From an uncultured Methanosarcinaceae archaeon (GTDB lineage Archaea > Halobacteriota > Methanosarcinia > Methanosarcinales > Methanosarcinaceae): a stretch of DNA of 64,000 bases. The notes beneath the pieces were generated by a model, which searched no databases, was not told the DNA's origin, and was given only the letters and a program-made list of their open reading frames with translations. Made by a program: the position numbers and the translations under genes. Shown piece by piece: positions 1 through 10,311 of the stretch (positions within the stretch are counted from its first letter, which is position 1; every line of letters begins with the position of its first letter). The stretch is from assembly GCA_963847185.1 (NCBI GenBank), contig CAWJYV010000005.1, positions 61,216 through 125,215 of the forward strand. Reading direction: 5' to 3'.

Positions 1-76
1 CGTCTCTTATTCAAAAGAACACTCGCTTTCCAGGGAGATTCTTCTGAAAATACTCCATATTTTTGACAAAGAAAAG

Positions 77-958
77 ATGTACAGGGAAAAATATGTAATT
101 TCCCGGACCTGTGCTTCTCTGTTTTCAGGAGAAACAAAAGAAGAGTTCCTTATAGAAGCAGGTAAAACAGCCTCTTTGCTTGGACTTAAAGAAGTGGCCT
201 GCAGGAGATTTGAAGAGACACTGGCGAGAAACCCGAAAAATATCGAAGCCCTTTCAGGATACGGAGTTGCCCTTGCCAAAATGGGAAAGCTGGATTCTTC
301 AAGGATTCAATTTGGGAAGGCCCTGGAACTTAATCCTTACCATGTTGAGACTCTCTGCAATTACGGATGCCTGCTTTTTGGTCTCAAAAGAATTGACGAA
401 GCTGAAGAAATGTATAGAAAAGCTCTGATCTTTGATTCAAAAAATGTGGAAGCCCACTGCAAGTATGGGATTCTTCTTTCCAAAAAAGGGGAAAAAACCG
501 GAGCTAATTATCACTTCGTCCAGGCTCTCGAACTTGACCCTAAACATGTCGAATCTAATTTTCAATATGCTCGTCTTCTGGAAGAAAAAGGAGAGCCCTA
601 TGAGGCTGAAAGATATTACATCGTAGCTCTCAAAGCAGAACCTGAGAATCCAAAACCTCATCTGTTTTATGCCCGCCTGCTTGCAGAGCACGGGATTGTT
701 TACGGAGCCGGCGTACACTTCAAGTATGCTCTTAGGCTTAACCCTGGCGATATAGAAGCTCACTGTGAGTATGCCAGATTGCTTGCCAGGTTTGGGCACA
801 GGCACGAAGCCGAGATCCAGTACAAAAAAGCCCTTGAACTTGACCCGGGGCATTTCGGAACCCTCTGCGAGTACGGGGATTTATTACAAGAAAAAGGGCA
901 ATACGCACGAGCCGAAGAAATATACAGGCAAGCTGAATTCTTTAAACGGCAAGCCTGA
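77..958 (+). CDS. Tetratricopeptide repeat protein
   Basis: 293-aa ORF with repeated TPR units such as ALELNPYHVETLCNYG and ALELDPKHVESNFQYA. Confidence 0.9.
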   Translation: MYREKYVISRTCASLFSGETKEEFLIEAGKTASLLGLKEVACRRFEETLARNPKNIEALSGYGVALAKMGKLDSSRIQFGKALELNPYHVETLCNYGCLLFGLKRIDEAEEMYRKALIFDSKNVEAHCKYGILLSKKGEKTGANYHFVQALELDPKHVESNFQYARLLEEKGEPYEAERYYIVALKAEPENPKPHLFYARLLAEHGIVYGAGVHFKYALRLNPGDIEAHCEYARLLARFGHRHEAEIQYKKALELDPGHFGTLCEYGDLLQEKGQYARAEEIYRQAEFFKRQA

Positions 959-976
959 AAGATTAATAAGGTCTTA

Positions 977-1687
977 TCAGTAAAGCCTTACAGGCTCAAT
1001 TCCCATTTTTTCCATCAAGCAGGCAGGAATATCCAGCACATGCAGGACCGAATCGATTACTATCCCATCGGAACTTGCCACAATCAAGTTATTATCAGGG
1101 TTTTTGCCGGCTGTTTTCAGATCAAAATCAGCGGTTTTTGAAGTTCTGGCTTCGCCTGAGATTCCTTTTTCTTTCATTTTTCGGCGGATAAATCCTGTAA
1201 GTTCTCCACTTCTGCTTATCTGAGCGTCGAGGAGAAAAGTAACTGATTTAGGGTGAGATTCAGAAAGAAAACTAAGAACTGAATCCAGAGCTTCCTCAAT
1301 GTCTTCAGCCTGTTTTGCTTTGCTGAAATAATAACGAGTATCTCTTATATAGCCGTCATCACAGAACCACATAGATTCTTTTTTTAAAAGACTGTCCACA
1401 CTAAGAAGAACATTGTACCCGTCAAGAAAAATGTCTCTATCCTTAATGCCTGTGCAGGTTACTTTTTTTCTGATCCTGGTAACTACTTTATCAGGAGGCA
1501 TGATTATTCTTGTTAGGATATGTCGCTCTTCTGCACTGAGCTGGGCATGGTCAGCCACGAAGCGGATAGTTGCAAATTTTGGATATCCCCATCGGAGTAT
1601 GCTCCTTATATCCCGAGCAGGCTTTAGCAATTTCTCTTTCAGATTAAAGCTGGAAGGATTAGTGGAACTTTCATGTGGGTCTATCAT
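977..1687 (-). CDS. DUF434-family (PIN/NYN-like) protein
   Basis: LRWGYPK N-terminus, FLDGYNVL, CDDGYIRD, LDAQISRSGEL and VASSDGIVID match this archaeal family. Confidence 0.75.
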   Translation of the reverse strand: MIDPHESSTNPSSFNLKEKLLKPARDIRSILRWGYPKFATIRFVADHAQLSAEERHILTRIIMPPDKVVTRIRKKVTCTGIKDRDIFLDGYNVLLSVDSLLKKESMWFCDDGYIRDTRYYFSKAKQAEDIEEALDSVLSFLSESHPKSVTFLLDAQISRSGELTGFIRRKMKEKGISGEARTSKTADFDLKTAGKNPDNNLIVASSDGIVIDSVLHVLDIPACLMEKMGIEPVRLY

Positions 1688-1886
1688 ACATAAGTCTCTC
1701 CTTTTAAGAAGGAAGTTCTTTAAATGAGTGAAGGGATATGTTATATACGTATTTAAGCAATTAAAAATGGTAACATGTGACTGCTGGCAGTCTACTTGAT
1801 TCTAGCAGTTTTTATTTCGGTTTTGTTCAAATTTAAGGTAGGTTCTCAGCTACAAGCCATTATGGCTCAGGCTGGAGGTTTATGTT

Positions 1887-2867
1887 ATGGAAGTATTGTG
1901 GTTGACTCAGGAAGAAGTAAAATCTGTTATGGATATGCATTCTGATATGCAGGTTGTTGAGAGCGCTTTCAGGCAGCATGGACTTGGTAAGGTTCAGATG
2001 CCTCCCAAATCTTATCTTTACTATACTTCTTACAATGGAGACCTCAGAACAATGCCTGCATATCTTGAAGAAGAGGATATCACTGGAGTGAAAATTGTAA
2101 ATGTCCACCCCGGAAACCCGGCTCGCGGTCTTCCTACTGTAATGGCATTAATTGTTCTTATTTCTCCTGAAACAGGTGCACCTGTGGCAATTATGGACGG
2201 AACCTATCTTACCGATATCCGGACAGGAGCTGCAGGAGGAATTGCCGCAAAATACCTTGCAAGAAAGGATTCAAAAATTATCGGTATGGTTGGAACTGGA
2301 AATCAAGCAAAGACTCAGCTTGCAGCTCTCTGTGAGGTTTTTGAGCCTGAACTTGTGAAAATCACTTCCAGGACGAAAGCAAGCTCTAATCAGTTTATTC
2401 AGGAAATGGCAGATATCACACCTTGCGAAATCCAATCAAAAGACAAAGTTGAGGATGTCTGCGATTGTGATATTCTTGTAACAACCACTCCCACCCGTAA
2501 GCCGATTGTAAAGGTTCAGTGGATTAAAGAAGGTACTCACATTAATGCAATAGGAGCCGATGCGGTGGGAAAAGAAGAACTTGATCCTGAGCTTCTCATC
2601 CGCTCCAAGATTGTTGTCGATGATATTGTTCAGGCTCTTCATTCGGGAGAAGTAAATGTTCCTCTTTCCAAGCATTACATCTCGGAAAATGATATCCATG
2701 CTCAGCTTGGAGAAGTAATTACTGGCCTGAAACCCGGCAGGACAAGTGAAGAGGAAATTACGATCTTTGATTCCACTGGTCTGGCTATTCAGGACGTTGC
2801 AAGTGCACATCTGGTTTATGAGAGGGCCGTTGATAAGGGACTTGGCAAGCAGGTCCGGATGTTTTAA
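1887..2867 (+). CDS. ala: Archaeal alanine dehydrogenase (ornithine cyclodeaminase/mu-crystallin family)
   Basis: Motifs MPPKSYL, GDLRTMPAY, VKIVNVHPGN, RTGAAG and FDSTGLAIQD; GGAGG SD upstream. Confidence 0.88.
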   Translation: MEVLWLTQEEVKSVMDMHSDMQVVESAFRQHGLGKVQMPPKSYLYYTSYNGDLRTMPAYLEEEDITGVKIVNVHPGNPARGLPTVMALIVLISPETGAPVAIMDGTYLTDIRTGAAGGIAAKYLARKDSKIIGMVGTGNQAKTQLAALCEVFEPELVKITSRTKASSNQFIQEMADITPCEIQSKDKVEDVCDCDILVTTTPTRKPIVKVQWIKEGTHINAIGADAVGKEELDPELLIRSKIVVDDIVQALHSGEVNVPLSKHYISENDIHAQLGEVITGLKPGRTSEEEITIFDSTGLAIQDVASAHLVYERAVDKGLGKQVRMF

Positions 2868-3210
2868 AACATATTTTTTCTTTAAGTCAACCTTAAATTT
2901 TTTATTATTCTCTCGATTCTTTTATCTTTTCATTTAATTTTAGTTTGTTTCCTTTTTCACTAATTTTCTTCTGTTTTTTTTCTCACTTAATTTTCTTATG
3001 TTAACTTTTCTATTAACCTTCTTCTGCTTACCTTCTTTCTTTTATTAACTTTTAATTTTACTTACATTAAAGTCTTTAAATCTACATTCTTAAAAATTAG
3101 AGCGCTCTAAAAGGTCAGTCGGAATTGTTTTTCAACTTGAACTCTAGGTAACTCAGATAAGGAGAACAAATTCATAACCTATAAATACTTAGTAACAGAA
3201 CTATAAAACA

Positions 3211-3340
3211 GTTGAGCGGTTAACTTTTTTGGAGGCATCACCCCTCCCAGAACAAATATACTTTCCCCCCATAGTATAAATCCTCGTTCCAAAATATCCC
3301 CCATATTCTCCCCTCAAAGCCGCTCAACATTCTCCTTTTT
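3211..3340 (+). ncRNA. Putative sRNA, copy 1
   Basis: Terminal stem GTTGAGCGG (3211-3219) pairs with CCGCTCAAC (3320-3328); C-rich interior; T-tract follows; TATA-like TATAAATA ~30 nt upstream; no ORF. Confidence 0.6.
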
Positions 3341-3559
3341 CATAAACAGGATTTCCTCTAACTTAATCTTTTTTTCTAATGCAGTTCTTATCTTAATAGA
3401 CTCTATTCCATTGAATTTTTGTTCAGACAAGAGTAAAAATAATTTTGTCAGAAAACAGGTTTTTTCCTTTATTATCTATCCTTTTCTTCAAAACCAGAAT
3501 CCTGTTCAAAATTAAGATAAATTTCATAATTCATAAATAGTTAGCAGTAAATTATTTTG

Positions 3560-3692
3560 TATTGAGCGGATTTTGGAGATAATCAATACCCTCCGCGAAA
3601 AGTGTACTTTCTCCCCATAATATAGATTTTTTAGTTCCGACTACTCTATCCTTCCCAAAATCCTTCCCAAAATCCGCTCAATATCTTTTTTC
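3560..3692 (+). ncRNA. Putative sRNA, copy 2 (paralog of copy 1)
   Basis: Perfect 17-bp terminal stem TATTGAGCGGATTTTGG / CCAAAATCCGCTCAATA (3667-3683); shares TACTTTCyCCCCATA and the upstream promoter motif with copy 1; T-tract after. Confidence 0.62.
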
Positions 3693-3822
3693 AAAAAAGG
3701 ATTTTTCTCAGGTATCCAGTTAGGAATTTCCTGAGTATCTGATGTTTTTTACATGTTCCGATTTTTGTATTTTTTGAATATTTCAATATTCGTATTTTTT
3801 GAAATTCTAATGTCTGTATTTT

Positions 3823-5289
3823 TCAGATTCCTACTATTTCATAGATTTTCTTCATATCAAGGTTCTGTTCAACCACATTTGCGAGCTCTTCATAGGCGTC
3901 ATTTTCGGTCATAATTTCTTCAGGCACGTATTCAATTCCTTTTTTCCTGTAGAGATACTGCATAAGGGAGTCTCTTATGCTCCTGTTATCAAAGAGCCCA
4001 TGCAGATAAGTGCCAATGACCAGGCCTTCTTCGTCAATTGCGCCGTCGTCCCCGAATACACTGCGCTTGGAATCAGTCACACCCATATGGATTTCATATC
4101 CTTTAATCTCTTCCCCGTCTATGGGAGCCAGAATCGGGCCGTAAGCGTTTACTTTTTTCGTGACCTGGATAGTTTTCTTTTCGTATGCCCCGAATTTTGT
4201 CCCTACATCCAGAAGTCCAAGACCTGCAAATTCTGCTTCTATCCCGTTTTCAACTCCTGAGTCAAAAATAGTTTTACCCAGCATCTGATAGCCGCCGCAG
4301 ATTCCGAAAATAGGAATTTTTCCTTTAAGCGCCTGAATTTTCTTGTCCATGCCGCTTGCCTTAAGATCCAGCAGGTCATTGACCGTATTTTTTGTTCCGG
4401 GGATCATGATCGCATCCGGGTTTCCAAGATCTTCAGTAATATCTACGTAACGGATTTTCGCAAGTCCTTCAAGCGGCTCGAAATCCGTGAAGTTCGAGAT
4501 TCTGGGCAGGCGAATGACGGCTATTTCTATACTTTTTTCATTTCCCCTGCCTTCTTTATCTCCAAGAGAGACCGAATCTTCTGATGGAATGTGGAGCTTA
4601 AAATAAGGAAGAACTCCAAGCACTGGAATTCCGGTTTTGTCTTCGAGCTGTTTCAGGCCCGGCTTCAGGATTTCCAGGTCTCCCCTGAACTTATTTATGA
4701 CAAATCCTTTGACGTTTTTCCGCACATCCTCGGGCAGAAGCTCAATTGTGCCGTAAAGGCTTGCAAAAACGCCTCCCCTTTCTATATCTCCAACAAGGAT
4801 TATTGGAGCCTGCGTAAGCCTCGCAGTGCCGACGTTTACAATATCTCTTTCGTATAGATTAATTTCAGCAGCGCCACCTGCTCCTTCCATTACAATTATG
4901 TCATGTTCTTTAGATAACCTTTCCAGAGCTCCTTCCAGAACCGCGTTCATCTCTTCAATGGAATCATAGTACTGGCCTGCACTTTTGTCTGCATAAGGTT
5001 CCCCGAGTAGAATTATCTGGGAAACACAGTCCCCTTTTGGCTTCAGGAGAACAGGATTCATATCGGCAGTAGGCTCCGTGCCTGCGGCTTTTGCCTGAAT
5101 TGCCTGGGCAATTCCGATTTCCTTCCCATCTTTCGTAATCCAGGAGTTCAGGCTCATATTCTGAGCTTTGAAGGGGGCAACCCTGTATTTTCTCGACAGG
5201 ATCCTGCATATGGCAGCTACTACTGAACTTTTCCCTACGTGGGAGGCGGTTCCCAGGATCAAGACGCTTTTCTTTTCCATTTTTACCAC
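3823..5289 (-). CDS. cobQ: Cobyric acid synthase
   Basis: GTASHVGKS, PFKAQNMSLNS, EGAGGAAEIN and glutaminase motifs GICGGYQMLG, GYEIH, GTYLHG. The start may be ATG 5280. Confidence 0.97.
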   Translation of the reverse strand: MVKMEKKSVLILGTASHVGKSSVVAAICRILSRKYRVAPFKAQNMSLNSWITKDGKEIGIAQAIQAKAAGTEPTADMNPVLLKPKGDCVSQIILLGEPYADKSAGQYYDSIEEMNAVLEGALERLSKEHDIIVMEGAGGAAEINLYERDIVNVGTARLTQAPIILVGDIERGGVFASLYGTIELLPEDVRKNVKGFVINKFRGDLEILKPGLKQLEDKTGIPVLGVLPYFKLHIPSEDSVSLGDKEGRGNEKSIEIAVIRLPRISNFTDFEPLEGLAKIRYVDITEDLGNPDAIMIPGTKNTVNDLLDLKASGMDKKIQALKGKIPIFGICGGYQMLGKTIFDSGVENGIEAEFAGLGLLDVGTKFGAYEKKTIQVTKKVNAYGPILAPIDGEEIKGYEIHMGVTDSKRSVFGDDGAIDEEGLVIGTYLHGLFDNRSIRDSLMQYLYRKKGIEYVPEEIMTENDAYEELANVVEQNLDMKKIYEIVGI

Positions 5290-5699
5290 AACTTCTGCTC
5301 GAACACTTATTTTTAATATTTTTTATAAATTAACTGTGAAATTTTCTTCCACTGGATACAAATCAAGTAAACTTGTTTAGTTTTAATATTTATCTTCTTA
5401 TACTTCAACTATAGAATAAATACTTTCGGATTCATTGCAGGTTTTGTTTATTTGCTTAAATAAATTCTTCTTTTTCAGTATTTTTCATTTTCCTTAAACT
5501 TTGCTTTACTTTTCTCAATATTTTTTTTCTTTCTACGCTTTCATTTTCACTCCTAATTCTGTCAATTATTCCTATTTCTGTCAAATCGTGTCTTTTTACT
5601 TCTTTCATACATTCCGGAAAACTAAGCTTTTATCAGGTTGCATTTCTTTTAAATAAGATCAAAACAATCTTTTTGCTATCTAACCGGGGAAAAAAGACA

Positions 5700-6848
5700 A
5701 TGAAAGCCGTACTTTTCCTACTAATTTTTTACCTTATATCGGTCTTTCCAGCTTCTGCAGCAGATAGCTTTCCTGCCCGAGAAACAGGTACAGTTCAGAT
5801 AACCGAACTTTATAGCGACCTTACATCCTTTGACGTTACTCTTTACTCGAATCAGCCAGAGGAGAACCTGAGTCTTGAAGTATTTCTTGTCAGGCCCGAA
5901 GGGATGAATAGGGAAACCCTTGAAAAACAGGTGTTTTCAGTAGGCAGTTTATCAACTAATACGAGATTAACCAAGGTTGGTTTCTGGAATATTAACAATC
6001 CTGAACGTGGAGCTTATACCATCAGAGTCCGCCTTCTTGCAGAAGAAGAGATCCTTTCAGAAGATAAATACGATTTTGCTTACGCTAGCAATTCTGCTTC
6101 CAGACTTCAAGTTAATGACATAGTTTCCAATTCTCAGGGAATTAATATTGCCCTATCTCCCAAAGAAGCCTCACTCTTTGATATTGAGTATATGCTTGTG
6201 GATAAATCTAATGTCACTTATGTAGCAAAAGCTGAAAATCTATCCCTTACCAGCGGCCCGGATGTTTTTTCCGCAGCTTGGGGAACTCTTCTTGAAAATA
6301 ATAAAGAGTATGTGGGTAGAGTAAAGATTCAGGTTTATTCTCCTGAGAAAAAGATCATAGCCTCAACCCAAAACTTCACTGCTAGAGATGATGCCGAGAT
6401 CACAGATCTCTTTAAGGATGAAACAGGAGCAAGTGCAACTGTTTTCGGGCGTTCTCAGGTGCCTTTTGAAGGAAACCTTATCTTTTCTGTATACGATCTG
6501 GATAATAATTCCGAAAAAGGAAATCCCATAATGGTGGAATCTGTGCAGGGAAGAGTTCCAGTGCTGCTGAATAATGACGACGAGACCGTTGAAGTTGCCT
6601 GGGGACAGAGACTTCCAGAAGGAATCTACAGACTTGAGATCGAGCTTTTTGGGAATGACGGAGATCTTGTTGAGCGCAGGGAAACTATCTTCGAGTCCGA
6701 TCTCTCCCAGGTTTCCAATATTAACTCGGTAAACAATTCTACTTCAAAAACCGAGGCTTCAAGTAAAGAAGGAATACCCGGCTTTTCTACGGTGGCCTGG
6801 ATTTCAGGATTTATCGCTGTTTTTAGCCTTTTAAGAAAGCAAAGTTAA
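5700..6848 (+). CDS. Secreted/surface protein with PGF-CTERM sorting signal
   Basis: Signal peptide MKAVLFLLIFYLISVFPASA; C-terminal IPGF, hydrophobic helix, then RKQS. Confidence 0.8.
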   Translation: MKAVLFLLIFYLISVFPASAADSFPARETGTVQITELYSDLTSFDVTLYSNQPEENLSLEVFLVRPEGMNRETLEKQVFSVGSLSTNTRLTKVGFWNINNPERGAYTIRVRLLAEEEILSEDKYDFAYASNSASRLQVNDIVSNSQGINIALSPKEASLFDIEYMLVDKSNVTYVAKAENLSLTSGPDVFSAAWGTLLENNKEYVGRVKIQVYSPEKKIIASTQNFTARDDAEITDLFKDETGASATVFGRSQVPFEGNLIFSVYDLDNNSEKGNPIMVESVQGRVPVLLNNDDETVEVAWGQRLPEGIYRLEIELFGNDGDLVERRETIFESDLSQVSNINSVNNSTSKTEASSKEGIPGFSTVAWISGFIAVFSLLRKQS

Positions 6849-6943
6849 AACCAATTATGAGCCTTAATATATTTGGCAGATACATTAATTCTCGGCTGCA
6901 GAATATGAATTTCAGGAACCCGTAAGAGCTTAAAAACAGGGCT

Positions 6944-8122
6944 GTGAATCCCATGCGTTATGAACTCTTTATCTCTCTCAGGCAGATTCGGGCAAGAAAA
7001 TTCCAGACTTTTCTCTCAGTGGGAGCAATAGCCCTTGCAGTAATGGTGCTTACGGTTTCTCAGGCTCTGATGGTTGGATTTACCGACGAGCTTTATAACA
7101 CTACAGTAAATAAACTTCCTCATGTTTCGGTATCTCCTGAAGAAGGCGAAGATTATATTTATCTTTACAGGACCCTTATTGAGGATATCAGTAAAATTGA
7201 AGGTGTTACTTCTGTTTCTCCGTTCCTTACAGGAAAAGCTTCCTTCAGGTTTAAAACGAACTCCCGCAATGCTGAGTTGAAAGGTGTAATTCCTTTACAG
7301 GAAAATAAGATTAGCTCTATTGAAGCCGATATTGTGGAGGGAGATTTCAGGGAACTTGAGTTATCCAGAAACACCGTTGTAATTGGCTCGAAACTCGCAG
7401 ATAAACTCGAGATTAATCTGGGAGACTCTGTTGAAGTGTCTTTTCCCAATGCAAAATCTATTTCTCTCAGAGTTGTTGGAATCTTTCACACTGGCTCTCC
7501 TCTTGACGAGTCCCTTACTTACACATCCCTGGATACTGCCCAGGAATTCTATGATGTATCTGATGTGGTTAATGGAATTTCTATTAAGCTTGAAGATTTT
7601 AATAGGGATAGAGAGATCGCTGCTGAAATCGAGAAAGCAGGTTATAAATCAAAAGGCTGGACAGACGCAAATCCTGCAATCCTTCGTACCATTGCAATCG
7701 AAAGCACCTCAAACAACATTGTTCTTGGCCTGATTGTAGTTATTGCTTCTTTTGGGGTAGTTAGCACCCTCAACCTTTCGGTTATCGGTGCAACAAGCCA
7801 GATAGGCATGCTCCGCACAATGGGTGCTACGGTTTCGGGTATCCGAACAATTTTTGTGCTTCAAAGCGGTATTCTAGGTTTACTTGGTGCTCTTGCAGGT
7901 ACTTTAACAGGAGTTGCAGTATCAATGGCAATAGGCCAGTACGAAATTCCAGGCGCCTCATCCGAACTTTATGGAGGTCTTACAACTATTCCAATTATAG
8001 TTCGCTTAGGGGATATCCTGTTTATTATTATCTCTGTTTTTTTGCTTAACCTGATTGCTGGAATTTATCCTGCCCAGCAGGCAGCTAAACTGGATCCCGT
8101 TAAGGCTATCAGTTCAAAATGA
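6944..8122 (+). CDS. ABC transporter permease, MacB/FtsX/LolE family
   Basis: N-terminal TM, extracellular domain, IGMLRTMGAT motif and C-terminal YPAQQAAKLDPVKAI. Confidence 0.92.
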   Translation: MNPMRYELFISLRQIRARKFQTFLSVGAIALAVMVLTVSQALMVGFTDELYNTTVNKLPHVSVSPEEGEDYIYLYRTLIEDISKIEGVTSVSPFLTGKASFRFKTNSRNAELKGVIPLQENKISSIEADIVEGDFRELELSRNTVVIGSKLADKLEINLGDSVEVSFPNAKSISLRVVGIFHTGSPLDESLTYTSLDTAQEFYDVSDVVNGISIKLEDFNRDREIAAEIEKAGYKSKGWTDANPAILRTIAIESTSNNIVLGLIVVIASFGVVSTLNLSVIGATSQIGMLRTMGATVSGIRTIFVLQSGILGLLGALAGTLTGVAVSMAIGQYEIPGASSELYGGLTTIPIIVRLGDILFIIISVFLLNLIAGIYPAQQAAKLDPVKAISSK

Positions 8123-8142
8123 ATGCATCGATAATCTACAAA

Positions 8143-8183
8143 ATTTACTCTGGAAAACCCATACCTTACTCTGGAAAACCCAT
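8143..8183. repeat. 21-bp tandem duplication
   Basis: TTACTCTGGAAAACCCATAC occurs twice in tandem. Confidence 0.8.
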
Positions 8184-8604
8184 ACAATATAATTGAAATA
8201 ACCGCTTCTATTGAATATTTCAACGTCAATCAATAGCACACCATAATTAAAAATTAATTCCCGGTAATTATATATCGTTTTTTACTGATGATTATATACT
8301 TCAGCATAGCGAACACACAACCTTGTGCAGAAATTCTCAATAACTGATCACTGTTGAGAATTTCATTTTCTTATTTTTTGCTCTTTGTGATTAAAATTCA
8401 ACTATTTCTTTGTATATTTGCCAGCGTCACAATCTATTGTTACGTATCTAACTATGTAATGTTACGTATTTAACTATGTAATTCTCTTTTTCTAATACCT
8501 GAAGGAAGTCACTGTAATTATATTTTAACAAATATAATTACATAAATTTTAATTTTTGGTGCCAATACAAATAGTTATATTGATTGATAGATGTTTATAA
8601 TGTA

Positions 8605-8826
8605 ATGGAGGATAGTAAAGAATACCAGCTTTATCTTGAAGCTCTTGACAACGAAAGATCCGCCTGGGGCCGGAGGACTGCCGTAAAAAGACTTTGTGAC
8701 TGCAGAAACGAAGAGTCCTTATACTACCTGAATGAACTTGTAGTTGACAGGTATTGTCTGGTACCTGACTGGCTCAAAAGGATTGCAAGAGAGTACTACG
8801 TATCTCTTTGTCTCGAATTCTTGTAA
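8605..8826 (+). CDS. Small hypothetical helical protein
   Basis: 73-aa ORF from ATG 8605 with coding-like composition inside AT-rich DNA. Confidence 0.65.
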   Translation: MEDSKEYQLYLEALDNERSAWGRRTAVKRLCDCRNEESLYYLNELVVDRYCLVPDWLKRIAREYYVSLCLEFL

Positions 8827-9773
8827 ATTTTAATTCTTATCTCCAGCTTTCGCAATAGTTTTTTTAAAACAGTTATCGTAGACTCATGAATTAATTACAT
8901 TATTAAAATCCTATTCTATTTTAAATTCAAATTCAATATCTATAGTTAAAGCACTCGAGATTTATCGCGAAAACGCAGACGTGCAAGATCAAAGCCATTC
9001 GAGAAAAATTAACCTCGGAAAATGCGGAAAGCGCAGAAACAACTGTGCCCGAAATCTTTATTTCGCGTTTCGCGTTTTCTGCGGTTTAAACTTTCAGTTA
9101 AGAATGGTAATGGATTATTATAGAATCCATGTTCTGCAGTATTTTTTGAAAATCAATAGTTTTCCTGATTGCGTTTTTGGAACCGGTTTAAGTAATTTTT
9201 ACTCTCACTGGAACTTGGCGAAAATTGAATGATATCGTTTTTTGATCCCTAGAACACCATATAGTTTCTTTCACCTCCTGCTTAAAAATCCAATAAATCC
9301 ACGTTTTATTGAAAATCGATAGCAGAAAAAATTGTGAATATACGAAAATTTACTGTCGAAAGGGGATAGAAATATAAAAATCGTGGTTTATTAAGTGCCA
9401 ATTTTTAATATCTGAACTGTAACTTGAAGGTATCTGCCAGTTCAGAAAATAGTCTGCGTCTTTTATTTATAAATCTTATATTCGTAAATGAGGTAATATC
9501 CGATTTTGAGACAGATAAGTTCTAACAGATATGGTATCCCGAGAATCGAATTCCCATTGTGTATCTTTTTAAAGCTTTTTTAAATCTGGGCTTTATTTTA
9601 AAGTAAAAAGCTGTGGGTTTATATCACAGAGAATCTTATTTAGCTAAAATTTATATGTAATTATCCCAATTCCTTGTAAAATACTAAATTTTACTATATT
9701 TCAATATACAGGTTTCTTTATTCATGAATTTTCAATTTCAGTTTTTATTATGTGCTTATCGGAGAGGTAGCAA

Positions 9774-9989
9774 ATGGGAAAAGATAAGGAAAATGTCTTA
9801 GGAGGCCCAGTATTAATCTTGCTGGGTATTGGAGCATTATTGGATATTATTTTATTTTATTTTATGTTCAAGTTTGCTGACGAGGAAAACCTGTTTATGG
9901 TTCTCTTAACTGCAGCGCTGATAGGGATTATTGCACTGGGGATTGCTAAAGGGCTTGTTTCTGCATCCAGGCGTAACTACAAAAAATAA
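9774..9989 (+). CDS. Small two-TM membrane protein
   Basis: GGAGAGGT SD; two hydrophobic segments; basic tail. Confidence 0.75.
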   Translation: MGKDKENVLGGPVLILLGIGALLDIILFYFMFKFADEENLFMVLLTAALIGIIALGIAKGLVSASRRNYKK

Positions 9990-10311
9990 TTGAGTAAAGA
10001 ACATACGTTGGGTAAAGAAGATTGTTCCTTTTCTCAACAACTCTTTTTCTCTTTAGGTTCTTTTAAATATGTTTTTCTCCGTTATTTTACTCTTGCTGAA
10101 AGCTCTCTTATGAAATACTCCAAAATATTTGGATGAAATATATCCTTTTTATCTACTAGATTTTTCCAGTCTTCTTAACTTTTCTTCAGGCTATGTTGCC
10201 TGCAGGTGAGTCCTGGAAATAGCAAATAGCTTCGATTCGAGAAATAAGTTATAATAGCATATTTACAATCATAATAAGAACAAAAGGTAAGGAAAAGATA
10301 GGAGTTTACTC

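Noticed and set aside
2870-3100. Long T-rich tract after ala
   Set aside because: It is a typical low-complexity terminator/spacer sequence for this lineage.
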